Below, piece after piece: positions 7,988-17,071 of a stretch of 64,000 bases of DNA. The number at the start of each line of letters is the position of its first letter. Within the stretch, counting starts at the first letter, position 1. The stretch is from a virus. Taxonomy: Duplodnaviria > Caudoviricetes. The translations under genes and the position numbers were made by a program. Below the pieces are notes generated by a model. The model saw only the letters and a list, made by a program, of their open reading frames with translations, did no database searches and had not been told where the DNA came from. Location: the IMG/VR virus record IMGVR_UViG_3300017912_001273, positions 32,102 to 96,101 of that record; one strand, 5' to 3'.

Positions 7988-8503
7988 ATGTCTGATTATC
8001 ACAAACATAGAGCAATAGAAGCGTTTAAACGTCATTTCAAAACAGAACATGGTGTTGATGTATATGTATTCCTTCCAAAAGTAACACATGCAAGATTTAA
8101 AGTAGATCTTAACCTACTTGAAAGCTGTACATACAATGCATTTATTAAAAATAACCCTGACTTAAAACATATTAAGTCAATGAAAGATAGAGTTAGAACT
8201 AGAAGATTCATGGCTTATTATCAAGCAATGTGTCAAATTGCTTGGGTAGATGGTCATAGAAAAAATTATATAGCAAATTATCTTGGAAAAAATCATGCTT
8301 CAATAATAAATGCTATTAGACAGGCTGATAACTTCTTCTTCGCAGAAGATAAAGAGTTCTTGCATGCCTATAGAGAAATATTAAAACAAATTTTAAAAGA
8401 TGTGGGAACTATTCCAAAGAATCTTAAAGAGAAACTTAAGTCCAAATCAAGTGTTGATCCTATTTGGGATGAAGCAAGGCGTTTCATTGCCCAAGACAAC
8501 TGA
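7988..8503 (+). CDS. DnaA C-terminal (domain IV)-like HTH DNA-binding protein
   Basis: IANYLGKNHASIINAIR resembles the DnaA signature IGxxFGGRDHTTVLHA. Confidence 0.65.
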   Translation: MSDYHKHRAIEAFKRHFKTEHGVDVYVFLPKVTHARFKVDLNLLESCTYNAFIKNNPDLKHIKSMKDRVRTRRFMAYYQAMCQIAWVDGHRKNYIANYLGKNHASIINAIRQADNFFFAEDKEFLHAYREILKQILKDVGTIPKNLKEKLKSKSSVDPIWDEARRFIAQDN

Positions 8504-8990
8504 TAAAGATAAAACTGAATTAGTAAACTTAGGATATTTAAACCTTGAAGATGGACAATATACACTGACAAGAGAAGCTAAGCTTCTGATAGTGTCACTT
8601 GATAATTATTTTATAAAAGCTAAGAAGAAGACTGATATCCAGCTTATGGGTAAGAATCATGTTGATAAGATAAATGCATACAGAGAGATATTTCCTGCTA
8701 AGAAACTACCTAGTGGTAAACCAGCAAGGAATAATGTAAAAGCTCTTGGTGAAGCATTTAGATGGTTCTTTGAAACATATGATTACACATGGGATGATAT
8801 AATAAATGCTACTAAAATGTATGTAAATGAGTACAGGGACAAAGAGTATATGTATATGCAAACTAGTCAGTACTTCATATGCAAACAAGATAAGCATAGA
8901 GTAAAGCATTCTACATTAGCTGACTACTGTGATATGATACTAGAAGGTATCAGCACAGAAGATGAACACTTTAAAGAAAATGTTGTATGA
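8400..8990 (+). CDS. Putative replication initiator / helicase loader
   Basis: Winged-HTH-like N-terminus, helical C-terminus, ATGA-coupled to the DnaB-like gene. Confidence 0.5.
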   Translation: MWELFQRILKRNLSPNQVLILFGMKQGVSLPKTTDKDKTELVNLGYLNLEDGQYTLTREAKLLIVSLDNYFIKAKKKTDIQLMGKNHVDKINAYREIFPAKKLPSGKPARNNVKALGEAFRWFFETYDYTWDDIINATKMYVNEYRDKEYMYMQTSQYFICKQDKHRVKHSTLADYCDMILEGISTEDEHFKENVV

Positions 8991-9943
8991 AAAAGACCAC
9001 AGATGCATGGATTGGACAATATGCAGCCTTTAATGAGGCACTTAAATATATGTATGCTAGATCTACCGGTGAGGAAAAATCTATATATACGCCCTGGCCA
9101 AAGTTCAATGATGCTACTACTGATGGTTTAGAATGGAATACACTAACTGTTATTGGTGGTAGGCCTGGCTCAGGTAAAACACTAATAAAAGATCAAATAG
9201 TAAGAGAATCATTCTTACTTAATCCAAATGATAAATTCAGAGTTTTAGAATTTCAATTTGAGATGGTAGGAAGAACCTCAGCTATTAGAGAGTTTAGTTC
9301 AATTACAGGTAAAACCTATAAAGAACTATGTAGTGCAGGGTCAACACTTTCTTCAGATGTATTAAATCAATGTCATTTGTATGCTAAAGAAAGAGTTAAG
9401 TATCCTGTTGATATTGTATCTACTCCTATGACTGTAAATCAAATGCGTGAACAAATAGATAGATATATGAATCATCACAAGGGTATACCAACAATAGTAA
9501 CGTTGGATCACAGTATGCTGGTTAAAAGAGCACCATATCAGAATAGTACATTAGATATGCTATTTGAGTTAGGTGAGTTCTTTACACAGTGTAAAAGAGA
9601 TTATCCATGTTTATTCATTTGTTTATCACAGTTGAACCGTAACATTGATAATCCAGATAGGGCTATAGATGGCAAGTATGGTAACTATATTCTTGAGTCA
9701 GATATATTTGGCTCAGATGCAATGCTACAGCATGCAGATACTTTAATAGGTATTAACAGGCCAGCAAAGCAGAAAATTAGATACTATGGTCCTGATAGAT
9801 ATATAATTGAAAATGATAGGACATTGGTATTACATTTCTTAAAAGCCAGAAATGGTGATGCAAGAATGTCATTCTTTAGAGCAAAGTTTGAACAAATGCA
9901 AATAGAAGAGATGCCAACTCCAGGACAACAAGAAAGAAGATGA
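8987..9943 (+). CDS. dnaB: DnaB-like replicative helicase (C-terminal RecA-fold domain only)
   Basis: Walker A GRPGSGKT, FEM, LDH, LSQLNR, KARNG. Confidence 0.9.
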   Translation: MKKTTDAWIGQYAAFNEALKYMYARSTGEEKSIYTPWPKFNDATTDGLEWNTLTVIGGRPGSGKTLIKDQIVRESFLLNPNDKFRVLEFQFEMVGRTSAIREFSSITGKTYKELCSAGSTLSSDVLNQCHLYAKERVKYPVDIVSTPMTVNQMREQIDRYMNHHKGIPTIVTLDHSMLVKRAPYQNSTLDMLFELGEFFTQCKRDYPCLFICLSQLNRNIDNPDRAIDGKYGNYILESDIFGSDAMLQHADTLIGINRPAKQKIRYYGPDRYIIENDRTLVLHFLKARNGDARMSFFRAKFEQMQIEEMPTPGQQERR

Positions 9944-10488
9944 TAAATACTAAGAATATAAATAAAAGTAAGATGGGACTAACACCAGAGCAACGCAAAG
10001 TAAAAGTTGCAAAATTAAGAGAAGAGCATGAAGATTACTTTCAGACAGAAGGTAAGATAAATGCACTATATATACCTAAGATGGCTTACAGGCCAACAGG
10101 TAAAGATGACTTACATGTATCATTCTTCCCAAGTGAGCTTGAGAAAAATGAGGATATATATACTGAGTTTGTGAGTATAGATTATGAAAGTGAAGATCCT
10201 AAAAGGACTCTTTATCTACATAAATATAATCCACATTGGAAAGATGAATATGAAATGATTACATCTAGCTCAGGATTTCAAAGACATATCATACCTGTAA
10301 GTGAATTGAAAGTTATTAATGATGTAACTAGTAGAGCAGGAAGTCAGATTATTGACTTTGCAAATCCAAACTTACCTAACCCTGATGAAAATATAGTTTC
10401 AGAAGATAGTAAGCTGATTGATAAATTAGAAGATATTAATCAGTCAATAATAACATTAACAAAAGTAATAAATAAATTAATTAAATAA
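9940..10488 (+). CDS. Hypothetical protein
   Basis: 182-aa ORF coupled to both neighbours. Confidence 0.7.
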   Translation: MINTKNINKSKMGLTPEQRKVKVAKLREEHEDYFQTEGKINALYIPKMAYRPTGKDDLHVSFFPSELEKNEDIYTEFVSIDYESEDPKRTLYLHKYNPHWKDEYEMITSSSGFQRHIIPVSELKVINDVTSRAGSQIIDFANPNLPNPDENIVSEDSKLIDKLEDINQSIITLTKVINKLIK

Positions 10489-11171
10489 TGGCACAAAGTA
10501 TTTTAGTTATTGCTGATTCAGGTACAGGAAAGTCTACCTCTATCAGAAATTTAGATCCAAAAGAGACTTTCATTATAAATATTGCTAATAAACCTTTGCC
10601 TTTTAAAGGTTGGAAAAGCAAGTATACACAAATAAGTAAAGATAACCCAAAAGGTAATCTTACTTCAGCTGCTACAGCTGCTGGTATCATTAAAGCTATG
10701 AAGCATGTTAATGATAAAATGCCAGAAGTCAAAACAATTGTTGTTGATGACTGGCAATATATGAGTTCTTTTGAGTATTTTGATAGAGCACAGGAGAAAG
10801 GTTATGATAAGTTTACTCAGATTGCATCCAACTTAGCTATGGTTGCAAAGCTTCCAAAAGATCTGAGAGATGACTTAACAGTTTTCTTCTTAACTCATTC
10901 AGAAGATTCAACAGATATCAATGGTAATAGGAAAGTGAAAGCAAAAACAATTGGTAAAATGATTGATAATGCCTTAACTTTGGAAGGTCTATTCTCTATT
11001 GTATTATTTGGTAGAGCTAAGAAAAATGATGATGATGGTCTTGACTATGGTTTTGAAACACAAAACAATGGAGAGAACACATGTAAATCACCAATGGGTA
11101 TGTTTGAGGATTTCTTCATTCCTAATGACCTACAGTATGTAAAAGAGTGCATACAGAAATATGAAGAGTAA
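10488..11171 (+). CDS. P-loop ATPase, AAA_24 / Sak4-like single-strand annealing protein
   Basis: ADSGTGKST, VVDD, LTH and KSPMGMF motifs. Confidence 0.8.
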   Translation: MAQSILVIADSGTGKSTSIRNLDPKETFIINIANKPLPFKGWKSKYTQISKDNPKGNLTSAATAAGIIKAMKHVNDKMPEVKTIVVDDWQYMSSFEYFDRAQEKGYDKFTQIASNLAMVAKLPKDLRDDLTVFFLTHSEDSTDINGNRKVKAKTIGKMIDNALTLEGLFSIVLFGRAKKNDDDGLDYGFETQNNGENTCKSPMGMFEDFFIPNDLQYVKECIQKYEE

Positions 11172-11203
11172 TTAATTAATAAATAAATTTTAAAAAGTAA
11201 ATT

Positions 11204-11878
11204 ATGTTAAGTACAAAAGACATGTCTGCAGGGTCAGGCAGTATTAAGCCAGTTCTTGGTCCAGGTAACCAAGTTGTTAGAATCAATTCAATTTCATTTG
11301 ATCAAACACCATATGATGCAGATGCATACAATATTGTATTGCATGTTGAGTCAGAGCCAATACAAGGAGAATTTCAAGGTTTCTTGAAAGATATGAATAA
11401 TCCAAATGGTCCACGTTATGAAGGCCAAGTTGGTAGAGTTAGGTTCTCACCTTATCCGTACAAAGATGCTACATTACCAAGCGGTAGAGAAGTATCTAGA
11501 GATACAGAGGTATTGAAAGCTATGGTATATTTATCAGAGGTTCTTGATAAGAGAGAAGCCCTTGATAAGATTGAGGCACAAACAATTGAAAACTTCATGG
11601 TAGAATGTAATAAGTTATTCTCTAATAGTGAGTTCTTCAATGCATGTTTGGGTGCACGTGAATGGGAAAATAAAGAAGGTTATATTAATAATGATTTATT
11701 CTTACCAAGAATGAGTAAGGATGGGATTCCATTGGAAGCAATAGGTAAAGAGAATTCTAGACTTCTTACATTTGACAGTAATAATACTAATCATCTAAGA
11801 AAATTAGAGAAAAAAGAGGCAGTAGCAACATCTACTTTTGAACCTGCAGCAGCTGCAGGGGATGATTTTGATCTCTAA
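11204..11878 (+). CDS. Putative ssDNA-binding protein
   Basis: Follows the Sak4-like gene; acidic aromatic tail AGDDFDL. Confidence 0.6.
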   Translation: MLSTKDMSAGSGSIKPVLGPGNQVVRINSISFDQTPYDADAYNIVLHVESEPIQGEFQGFLKDMNNPNGPRYEGQVGRVRFSPYPYKDATLPSGREVSRDTEVLKAMVYLSEVLDKREALDKIEAQTIENFMVECNKLFSNSEFFNACLGAREWENKEGYINNDLFLPRMSKDGIPLEAIGKENSRLLTFDSNNTNHLRKLEKKEAVATSTFEPAAAAGDDFDL

Positions 11879-11886
11879 TATAAACC

Positions 11887-11926
11887 AAAAGAGTGGGCTC
11901 AGTTAACGCTGGGCCCATTTCTTTTT
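11887..11926 (+). terminator. Intrinsic terminator
   Basis: gtgggctcag-ttaacg-ctgggcccat followed by ttcttttt. Confidence 0.75.
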
Positions 11927-11940
11927 AATATATTTGGATC

Positions 11941-12918
11941 ATGTTTAACACTAAAAACTTTGTATTAGAAGGTTCAGATGTTCCAAGCACGTGGGTATTT
12001 CAGTACTATTTAGAGCTACCAGAAAGACTAACAGGTCAAGACATTAAGATTAAGTCTATATTTAATCCTAATGAGAGAACACCAAGCTTTTGCATATATG
12101 TAGATAAATCTATAATGCAGTATAAGTTTAAAGATTTCTCAACTGGTAAGAATGGAAGTAAGGTTGATTTAGTTAAAGAACTATTTAATCTAGAGTTTCA
12201 TGAGGCAATGAATAAGATAGTACAAGATTATAATACGTACATCAAATCATCTGACTATAAAGATATCAAGATAAAACCAGCAGCTAGATGGAAAGTAGAT
12301 TACATCAAGGAAAGAGGTTGGACTATTGAAGATAGAAAGTTTTGGTTATCATTTAGGATAGGTAAAACTATGTTAGAAAAGTATAACGTTAGACCTATAG
12401 ATTATTATAATCTAGTTAAGGAAGAAGAAGATGGTATAAAAAAGTTAAAGATAGGTAGCAAGTGGTGCTATGGTTACTTTGATAAGGATGGTAATGTCTA
12501 TAAGATATATCAACCTAAGAGTAAAAAAAACAAATTCTTTAAAGTTAAGTCTCATCTTCAAGGGTATGATCAGCTTCAGTATAATAAACCATATCTTGTG
12601 ATATGTTCATCACTTAAAGATGCAATGTGTCTTAAAGGTATAGGTTATAATATTGAGGTAATTAGCCCTGACTCAGAAAATACTATGATTAAACCACACA
12701 TAGTAGAGTACCTGAAAAAGAAATATAAAAAGGTAATAACAGTTTTTGATAATGATGAAGCGGGTAAGCATGCAATCAAAAGATATCATGATACATATAA
12801 TATACATGGTGTATATCCTACACTAAGTAAAGATGTATCAGATGCTATGAAAGAGTATGGACTAAAAGAAGTTCATGCAATGCTTAAACCTTTATTAAAG
12901 GAAACACTAAATAAATAA
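11941..12918 (+). CDS. DNA primase (Toprim, crAss-like type)
   Basis: ERTPSF...FKDFSTG Cys-less Zn-finger-like N-terminus; Toprim ICSSLKD, FDND, KDVSD. Confidence 0.8.
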   Translation: MFNTKNFVLEGSDVPSTWVFQYYLELPERLTGQDIKIKSIFNPNERTPSFCIYVDKSIMQYKFKDFSTGKNGSKVDLVKELFNLEFHEAMNKIVQDYNTYIKSSDYKDIKIKPAARWKVDYIKERGWTIEDRKFWLSFRIGKTMLEKYNVRPIDYYNLVKEEEDGIKKLKIGSKWCYGYFDKDGNVYKIYQPKSKKNKFFKVKSHLQGYDQLQYNKPYLVICSSLKDAMCLKGIGYNIEVISPDSENTMIKPHIVEYLKKKYKKVITVFDNDEAGKHAIKRYHDTYNIHGVYPTLSKDVSDAMKEYGLKEVHAMLKPLLKETLNK

Positions 12919-12919
12919 T

Positions 12920-13312
12920 ATGCATAAACATAGATGGTTCATACCAGGTAATGTTCCCAGTAGCAAGAATGGTAGAAGATGGACCGGTAAATATTTTATT
13001 GCTAGTAAAGCTGTAGTTAACTACAGAAAAGCTACTAAAGAATATTATGCTAAATATGCAGATGATTTTAAAAGTGAAGTTGCTAAACAAAAATTACCAG
13101 TAAAGATTTCCTTTGAGTTTATAAGGGGTACAAGACATAAGTTTGATTATATTAATCCTGCACAGACAGTACAAGATGATATGGTTAAACATGGATGGAT
13201 TGAAGATGATAATGCTGAGTTTATTATACCAGCATTTGAACAATATTCTTATGATAAGAAAAACCCAGGCGTATGGATAGAATTAATAATAGAAAATGAC
13301 AAAGAACTTTAA
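12920..13312 (+). CDS. RusA-like Holliday junction resolvase
   Basis: VPSSKN, FDYIN, QDDM and IEDDN acidic motifs. Confidence 0.75.
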   Translation: MHKHRWFIPGNVPSSKNGRRWTGKYFIASKAVVNYRKATKEYYAKYADDFKSEVAKQKLPVKISFEFIRGTRHKFDYINPAQTVQDDMVKHGWIEDDNAEFIIPAFEQYSYDKKNPGVWIELIIENDKEL

Positions 13313-13607
13313 AAGAAAAATAATTACAGCTGAAGAGTTTTTTAGACTCAAAGAAATGTTTATGGGTGCTGAAGAAGATCAGGCTATAGCAGTACAAGTA
13401 TATAAAAATAGTGGGTTTGCAGATAAAGAAATTGTAGATCTACTAATGGCTAAAGCACTAGTCTTTGAACCCAGAAGAAAATTTTGTGATGCAATAAAAT
13501 TCACATTTAATCTGCCCTCTAATAAAGAAATATATGCTTATATGGAGGAACATGAAGCAGAAGAAGTATACTATAAAATTTTAAGAGATATGGGATATGA
13601 TACATAA
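13296..13607 (+). CDS. Hypothetical protein of the MoxR/vWA module
   Basis: Overlaps neighbours; shares a helical motif with ORFs 16043 and 17068. Confidence 0.65.
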   Translation: MTKNFKRKIITAEEFFRLKEMFMGAEEDQAIAVQVYKNSGFADKEIVDLLMAKALVFEPRRKFCDAIKFTFNLPSNKEIYAYMEEHEAEEVYYKILRDMGYDT

Positions 13608-14763
13608 TATTCAAGAGCTAGTTTCTAGAACTACTAAAACATTAATTTTTTCTGAGCCCTTCTACGGGCTCTTTTTAATTGGACTTAATAAAGAGTACAT
13701 TACTACTATACCTACTGCAGGTGTAAGTAAAAAAAATATAGGTGTCCAATTATCTATAAACCCTGAGTTCTTTACAGAGCTTAGTGAAGATCATAGATAT
13801 GGTCTTATAAAACATGAAATACTACATATTAGTTTTGGCCATATGGTTATGAGAGATTTATATAGTGATAAAAAGTTATTCAATATAGCTGCAGATCTAG
13901 AGATCAATCAATATATAGCAAGTCATCATTTACCTGAAGGCGGACTAATGCTTAGTAGTTTTCCTGAACTTAATCTTCCTGAGAGAGCTGGTACTAAAAC
14001 ATATTATGATTTATTACAACAGGCTAGAGAAGATGGTACATGCCCAAGTTTAGATAACTTGATGAGTCAAATGGATGGTAATTCACAATATTGTCATGCA
14101 GGATGGGATGAGATAGAAGATTTATCAGAAGCAGATAAGAAACTATTACAAAAGCAGATAGAACATCAGATTAAAGAGAGTGCTGAACAGACACAGAAGA
14201 AACATGGTACAGTGCCTGGTGAGCTAGCAGAGCTTATTAATAGACTTTTAAATGTAGAACCACCCAAGTTTGATTGGAAAGGTTACCTAAGAAGATTTGT
14301 AGGAAATTCTAGTGTAGTATATACAAAAAAGCTGAGACGTAAGTATAATAAAAGATACTCAGCAAATCCAGGACTTAAGATTAAATTTAAGAATCACATC
14401 CTTGTTGGTGTTGACACAAGTGGATCTGTAAATAGTGAAGAGCTAAAGGAATTCTTTAGTGAACTTACACACATGCATAAAACAGGACATAAGATTACAG
14501 TAGCACAGTGTGATACTGAATTGAAAAGTGTTAAAGAGTTTAATCCAAATAAAGATTGGGAAATACATGGTCGTGGTGGAACTAGTTTCCAACCAGTAAT
14601 TGATCACTATAATGAAAAGAAGGGGAGATATACTGCCCTTGTATACTTAACAGATGGTGAAGCTTATACACCAGAAGACTGCCCAAAAAATACCTTATGG
14701 GTACATAGCAGTGTTTCTAGTATAAATGATGAATTACCAGGATTAAAAATAAAATTAAATTAA
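13597..14763 (+). CDS. Metallopeptidase + vWA domain protein (DUF2201-like)
   Basis: HEILH zincin motif, NIAADLEIN, MIDAS DTSGS, GRGGTSF, LTDG. Confidence 0.9.
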   Translation: MIHNIQELVSRTTKTLIFSEPFYGLFLIGLNKEYITTIPTAGVSKKNIGVQLSINPEFFTELSEDHRYGLIKHEILHISFGHMVMRDLYSDKKLFNIAADLEINQYIASHHLPEGGLMLSSFPELNLPERAGTKTYYDLLQQAREDGTCPSLDNLMSQMDGNSQYCHAGWDEIEDLSEADKKLLQKQIEHQIKESAEQTQKKHGTVPGELAELINRLLNVEPPKFDWKGYLRRFVGNSSVVYTKKLRRKYNKRYSANPGLKIKFKNHILVGVDTSGSVNSEELKEFFSELTHMHKTGHKITVAQCDTELKSVKEFNPNKDWEIHGRGGTSFQPVIDHYNEKKGRYTALVYLTDGEAYTPEDCPKNTLWVHSSVSSINDELPGLKIKLN

Positions 14764-14769
14764 ATAAAA

Positions 14770-16041
14770 ATGCAAGTAAATTTAAATGTAACAGAGCTAA
14801 AAGGTTTTATTAACCACATTATTGAGAATAATAGATTTTTACAAGAGCAAGGTAAAGGACCAGTATCAGTAGAAGTTGTAGGTGAATCAGGTATTGGTAA
14901 AACATCTACAATTGTTGAGCTAGCAAAGGATAATAATTTAAACTTTGTAAAGCTTAATCTTGCTCAGATTGAGGAGATAGGTGATCTTGTAGGTTTTCCT
15001 GTTCGTCAATTCCAAATGTATAAAGAAAAGCAGGTCACTGTAAAAAACACACCTGATAATTTAGCCATGGTAACAGCAACTCAAAGAGCAGCTGGTGCTA
15101 GTCTAGCTAATCTAAACACAACAGTAACCAAAAAGGTTGGTCAGTGGGTAGATGAACTTGCCGTACAAGAGTATCTAAAGAATGGATACAAAATGACAGG
15201 TAAGAACAGAATGTCTTATTGTGCACCAGAATGGATTGCTGATAAGAAAGAAGGAGGCATTCTATTACTAGATGATTGGAACCGTGCAGATACAAGATTT
15301 ATCCAAGCAGTTATGGAATTGGTGGATAGACAGACTTATATTTCATGGACTCTTCCAAAAGATTGGCATATTATTCTTACAGCAAATCCAGATAATGGAG
15401 ACTATATGGTAAATAGTGTTGACTCAGCACAGAAGACTAGATATATTACAGCAAATCTAAAGTTTGATGTAAATGTTTGGGCACAATGGGCAGAGGGAGC
15501 TAATATAGATACAAGATGTATTAACTTCTTGTTACTACACCCAGAGCTTGTAACACAAGAAACAAATGCAAGATCCATCACAACTTTCTTTAATGCTATT
15601 TCTAGCTTTGAGAAGTTTGAAGACAGTCTCCCTATGATCCAAATGATTGGTGAAGGTAGTGTTGGTGATGCTTTTGCATCTATGTTTACTACCTTTATTA
15701 ATAATAAGTTAGACAAGCTTGTAACACCTGTAGATTTATTGACTCATGATAATGAGCAATATATTCTTAATGAGTTAAGAAGTTGCATAGGTAAAGATGA
15801 TACTTACCGTGCAGATATTGCATCTACATTGGCTACAAGGCTTGGTAACTATGCTGTAGTATACTCTAAAGAGAATACAGTAACACAGAAGATCACTGAT
15901 AGATTGAAGACTTTATGTACTGCAGATTATTTTACTAATGATCTTAAGTACTTAATTGTCAGAACAATCTTTAACGGTAATAAAAAGAAGTTTAATAAAC
16001 TAATGATGATCCCTGAGATCATTCAAATGACAATGAAGTAA
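14770..16041 (+). CDS. MoxR-like AAA+ ATPase
   Basis: Walker A GESGIGKT, GDLVGFP, Walker B LLLDDWNRAD, TANP sensor; next to the vWA gene. Confidence 0.85.
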   Translation: MQVNLNVTELKGFINHIIENNRFLQEQGKGPVSVEVVGESGIGKTSTIVELAKDNNLNFVKLNLAQIEEIGDLVGFPVRQFQMYKEKQVTVKNTPDNLAMVTATQRAAGASLANLNTTVTKKVGQWVDELAVQEYLKNGYKMTGKNRMSYCAPEWIADKKEGGILLLDDWNRADTRFIQAVMELVDRQTYISWTLPKDWHIILTANPDNGDYMVNSVDSAQKTRYITANLKFDVNVWAQWAEGANIDTRCINFLLLHPELVTQETNARSITTFFNAISSFEKFEDSLPMIQMIGEGSVGDAFASMFTTFINNKLDKLVTPVDLLTHDNEQYILNELRSCIGKDDTYRADIASTLATRLGNYAVVYSKENTVTQKITDRLKTLCTADYFTNDLKYLIVRTIFNGNKKKFNKLMMIPEIIQMTMK

Positions 16042-16042
16042 T

Positions 16043-17071
16043 ATGGCAAGTAAATCAGTATTTCAGAAATATGATACTGATGCATTGGACTACTTTGATT
16101 TGGCAAGTGACCCTATTTATGGGGTCATTGCCGGATCAAATATAGAAGATGTATTGGTTACACAAGATGAAACAACATATACTAATATCCGTGAGATAAT
16201 TGCAAAGCCAACTGAAACGGATCAGACTTTTATAAATAAGAAGAAAGCTTTTGTTCTTCCTAGTAGCCCGGTATCTAATGATAAGATAAAAGCAGCACTA
16301 AAAGAACATAAGATTACTGTAACTAATGATTATACACAGGCAGACTTAATTGTAACTCATGATGACTTTGATGACAATTTTGAGAGTAGTGAAACAATTA
16401 AGACAACTAAGATGATGTATAAACTTTGGAACTATGAAACTACTTCAGGTGATCCTAGTAGTAATTTAAGTCTCAATCAAATGATTAAGAATTGTGGGCG
16501 TCATGTGATTATAACTCCAAAGATCACAAATAACATACGTTATTATGCTTTAGATGTTGAGGATAGTCTCTATGATACTTGGGCTATTACAGGTCTTGCA
16601 CTTAATCTAGCATATGAAATATATGTTGGTAATAAAAGCACTGTATCAATTGAAACTGTACTACACACATCTGCAACAAAACAACCTCTGAATGAAGATG
16701 TTGTTGACCAGGTTATTAGAATGTGGAAAGCAGGAGGAGATGATAGAGAAGTTGCTACACAGTTATTAACTACACTTGACTATACAACAAATCATCATTT
16801 GATGTGGAAGTTGACTCAAGAGTTGGGTAGTCTACATTATAATCACCATAATAAAGATCTCAACCACTGGATGACAGCCAGCAATTGGGAGTTTTATTAT
16901 AACCAGAATGCAGAATCTATGATACAATGGATGGAGGAGAATGGATATCTAAATAAGATAAGCTTTAAATATCTAGAACCTATAGTTCGTAAGGATATAA
17001 CCATTCATAATAGAGAACTATATGTATTCAAGGTATCAGTTAAGAAAGAATATCAAAAATATTTAGTATGA
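16043..17071 (+). CDS. Hypothetical protein with a BRCT-like segment
   Basis: KAFVLPSS...KITVTNDYTQADLIV; apparent paralog of the next ORF. Confidence 0.6.
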   Translation: MASKSVFQKYDTDALDYFDLASDPIYGVIAGSNIEDVLVTQDETTYTNIREIIAKPTETDQTFINKKKAFVLPSSPVSNDKIKAALKEHKITVTNDYTQADLIVTHDDFDDNFESSETIKTTKMMYKLWNYETTSGDPSSNLSLNQMIKNCGRHVIITPKITNNIRYYALDVEDSLYDTWAITGLALNLAYEIYVGNKSTVSIETVLHTSATKQPLNEDVVDQVIRMWKAGGDDREVATQLLTTLDYTTNHHLMWKLTQELGSLHYNHHNKDLNHWMTASNWEFYYNQNAESMIQWMEENGYLNKISFKYLEPIVRKDITIHNRELYVFKVSVKKEYQKYLV

